From Amoebophrya sp. A120 (Eukaryota > Protista > Dinoflagellata): DNA of 64,000 bases. The notes beneath the pieces were generated by a model that saw only the letters and a list, made by a program, of their open reading frames with translations, searched no databases and was not told the DNA's origin. The position numbers were made by a program, and so were the translations under genes. The first letter of the stretch is position 1; each line of letters opens with the position of its first letter. Shown here in pieces: positions 61,701 through 64,000 of the stretch. The DNA is taken from positions 967,809 through 1,031,808 of the forward strand of contig CAJINV010000002.1 of the NCBI GenBank assembly GCA_905178155.1. The letters are read 5' to 3'.

Positions 61701-64000
61701 AGAATAGCATCACAAGTTTGCTCTGCATGACGCAGAAAACCTGTCATGCGTAGCTAGTACTTGAAAACACGCACGAAAATAGCCTCTGATGCATGTCCAG
61801 CATGACGAGTGTACCAGTTTTGCATTTTCTGCAACACAAAGATACACTTACACAGTTTTTTTCTTGGATACCGCGGTCTCATCGGGCCCGAAGTTCATCT
61901 TGATCACATCCCCCTTGTGATTCCGAACCTCAAAAGAATTGGCGTTCGCATTAGTGGTCGTGCTGTTTTGCTGTTGTTCTGTCGTTGTTCCTGCAATTGT
62001 GGTACCAGTTGGTCCTACTTGTTGCTGGTGGTTTACAACTCCGCCGACAACACTACTATTACCACCAGCCACGCCGGATATCAAAGTAGAGCTCGCGGAT
62101 TGATGCGTGCCGGCAAGATGACCAATCGGGTTAGCGAAATGCAGCCCTCCGAGTAGTTCCCGAGACTCCTTCTTGTTCTTGTTCGCTTGGAGCTTCTCGT
62201 TCAGCATTTGCTGCAATTCCGCCGGCGTGAGCCCGTCGATCTTTTTCTTATTCGACGCCTCCAGGGTTCCTCGCGGCGGCTTGTCTAAGGTGCTGCTCAC
62301 ATTCCGGGACAGATCGCTCTCCGTCGCGGAAGAAGCGGCGTTGGGAGAAGAGGCGTTGGCGAGGGGGGTGGTGAGACCTCCTTCTTTGGCAGTTGCAGTT
62401 GCAGATGCAACACCTGCAGCTCGTTCCACAGCAGTTTTGGAAACCGCGACTCCAGATGCTGAGACTACCTCCGCCGAAGTTGCAGTAGCAGCAGCTGCAG
62501 TGACAACAGCGGCCGAATTGTTTTGTTGCTCGCCAATTACATCCGCTGTCGGAGGACAAGTCGAGGTTTTGTTCTCGACAATATCCGTATGACAGTGCAC
62601 AACTCCGCCTCCCCCCCATTTGCATAGCATGAACGGCAATACAAGCATCAGCAAGAATGCCGGATTTGCATGACAAATTTGCAGTGGAGTGTAATGCTAT
62701 TTGGGCTACCAGAACTTGTCATGCAAACAGTGCCAAGAGGCAAGAGGTGGATTCGGTATTTTGCATGACAAATGAGGGGGAAGAGGAGTTGTTCACTGTC
62801 ATAATCCGTTGTCGCGGTAGTCGTTGTGTTGTCGCCAGAGGTGCCGGAAGAAGCGTTGTCCGCTGAAGACGCTCCACCGGTAGTGGTCAAAACCAGGTTA
62901 TCGACCGCTACGGTATATCAAATGCAAAAATGTCTGGGTCTGGAAGAATACAAGATTTGGTTGGTTGGTTGGGTAGCGCCTGTCGCCGGTGCAGGTCCCG
63001 CCCTCCATCGATTGCGATCCGGAGTAGCCGGACTTGTCATGCATGTTTCTCATGATCCATGATGCTTGTGATGCATGACCTTGCATCGCAGACATTTAGA
63101 GGGCTTCCTGATGCACCTTCCGCATGAGAAATGCTCTATCCGGGTAGCACAAACTGCTACTGCACCCCTGTTGCTTGTCATGCAATACAATTTTTTTTAC
63201 CGTCCAAGAATAGCATGACAAGTTGCATTCTTCCAGACCCAGACACTTTTACATTTGATACGGTAGTAGTCGTCGACGCGGGCGGATCCGAGACGGCTGG
63301 GGAATTCTGCTGCGTTCTTTGCTCCTTACCAGTAACTGTCGTGGCACGGCTGTCGTCCTGTTTTCGATTGTTTTCATTCCGATATTTAGCATGACAAACA
63401 TCGACTCGTCGAAATGACGACAGACAAGACACTACCACTAGTCAAAAATGCTCGTTATGCAATACAGATCTTGCCCTCCTAACCATCTCGCATCACAAAT
63501 GAATCCAGAATGATCGCCATCAATGCATTAAAACAAATAAACTCTCTATACGATTGGTGACTGGCTGTTGCCCACGACTCCTGTGCTCGAATTCAGCAGC
63601 GCTAGCGAATCGTCCGAACTTGTTAAGCCCAGCGTCGTGCTTTCCAAGCTGGGAAACTTCCGACAGACGATTTCGTCTTCCTCGTAGCTGTTTTCGCACG
63701 AGCTCACTCGCCCGTTTATGAACCCGGTAGAAGCCCGGGTCGTCGCCGTGGTCGCTTTGGACAGTTGCTGTTTGCACCGCTCCGGATCGCCGTCTTCGCT
63801 ACTGGATGACGAAGTGGCGCCGCCAACGTCCGTCTTCGTTGTGGACGAGCTCGCATCTTCCGTCATACCGGACTGCAGTTGTTTTTCGGTCACTGCATTA
63901 TTACCTGGCTTTTGCTCTACCGTAGGACCTTCTTCACTGCTAATACTTTCCTTTTCCGAAGAAGGCAGGTCAGTAGCAGCAGGCGCTGCTTGAGCAGATG
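55787..64000 (-). CDS. EIF4G: eIF4G-like translation initiation factor: long Q/N/M-rich N-terminal region plus C-terminal MIF4G domain (5' end off window)
   Basis: Spliced motifs IVRKFKSILNKISEGTFEKM, EIFEKVTTQHHFDDLYTKLC, SFRHCLLSRTQEFFE, KKLMGNVRFIGKL, CLECLITLIDIVG, VPKRVRCLLMDL; YSRSFFL resembles the eIF4E-binding motif. Joining of the upstream exons is inferred. Confidence 0.8.
56852..57114. mobile_element. Introner
   Basis: IR, TSD GCTGG; removal restores the MIF4G frame. Confidence 0.9.
57147..57425. mobile_element. Introner (distinct family)
   Basis: IR tatcctg(t/a)gtaaaaacgt.cccac.ccagagt; TSD CGCAC. Confidence 0.9.
62916..63260. mobile_element. Introner (TCTGGGTCTGGAA family)
   Basis: IR, TSD CGGTA. 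Confidence 0.9.

Overview
Eukaryotic genomic DNA. All recognisable genes are on the minus strand and are interrupted by 110-350 bp non-GT-AG inserts with TAT...ATA inverted termini and 5-bp direct repeats. This matches the non-canonical 'introner' introns described for the syndinian dinoflagellate Amoebophrya; the taxon is my inference. Host genes are three uncharacterised proteins, an EF-hand-like plus zeta-toxin-type P-loop kinase, a TMEM144-family transporter and an eIF4G-like MIF4G protein. The main discovery is a three-layer nest inside one intron of a host gene. An introner (434-21792, TSD TCCAC) contains a TAA-flanked TIR element (603-21666). That element contains a 19.4-kb hAT-like transposon (1019-20456, perfect 8-bp TSD GGAAGTCG). 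The hAT-like element encodes a very large, intron-split transposase (D/D/E, CxxH and TRW motifs visible; N-terminus MARTK). It also carries cargo: a multi-exon gene with a ParB/Srx-like motif preceded by a phased palindromic foldback array, and a small unknown gene. Also present are a TIR element with a 38-bp direct repeat and a satellite-filled MULE-like element. All motif calls were made by eye; no database search was run.
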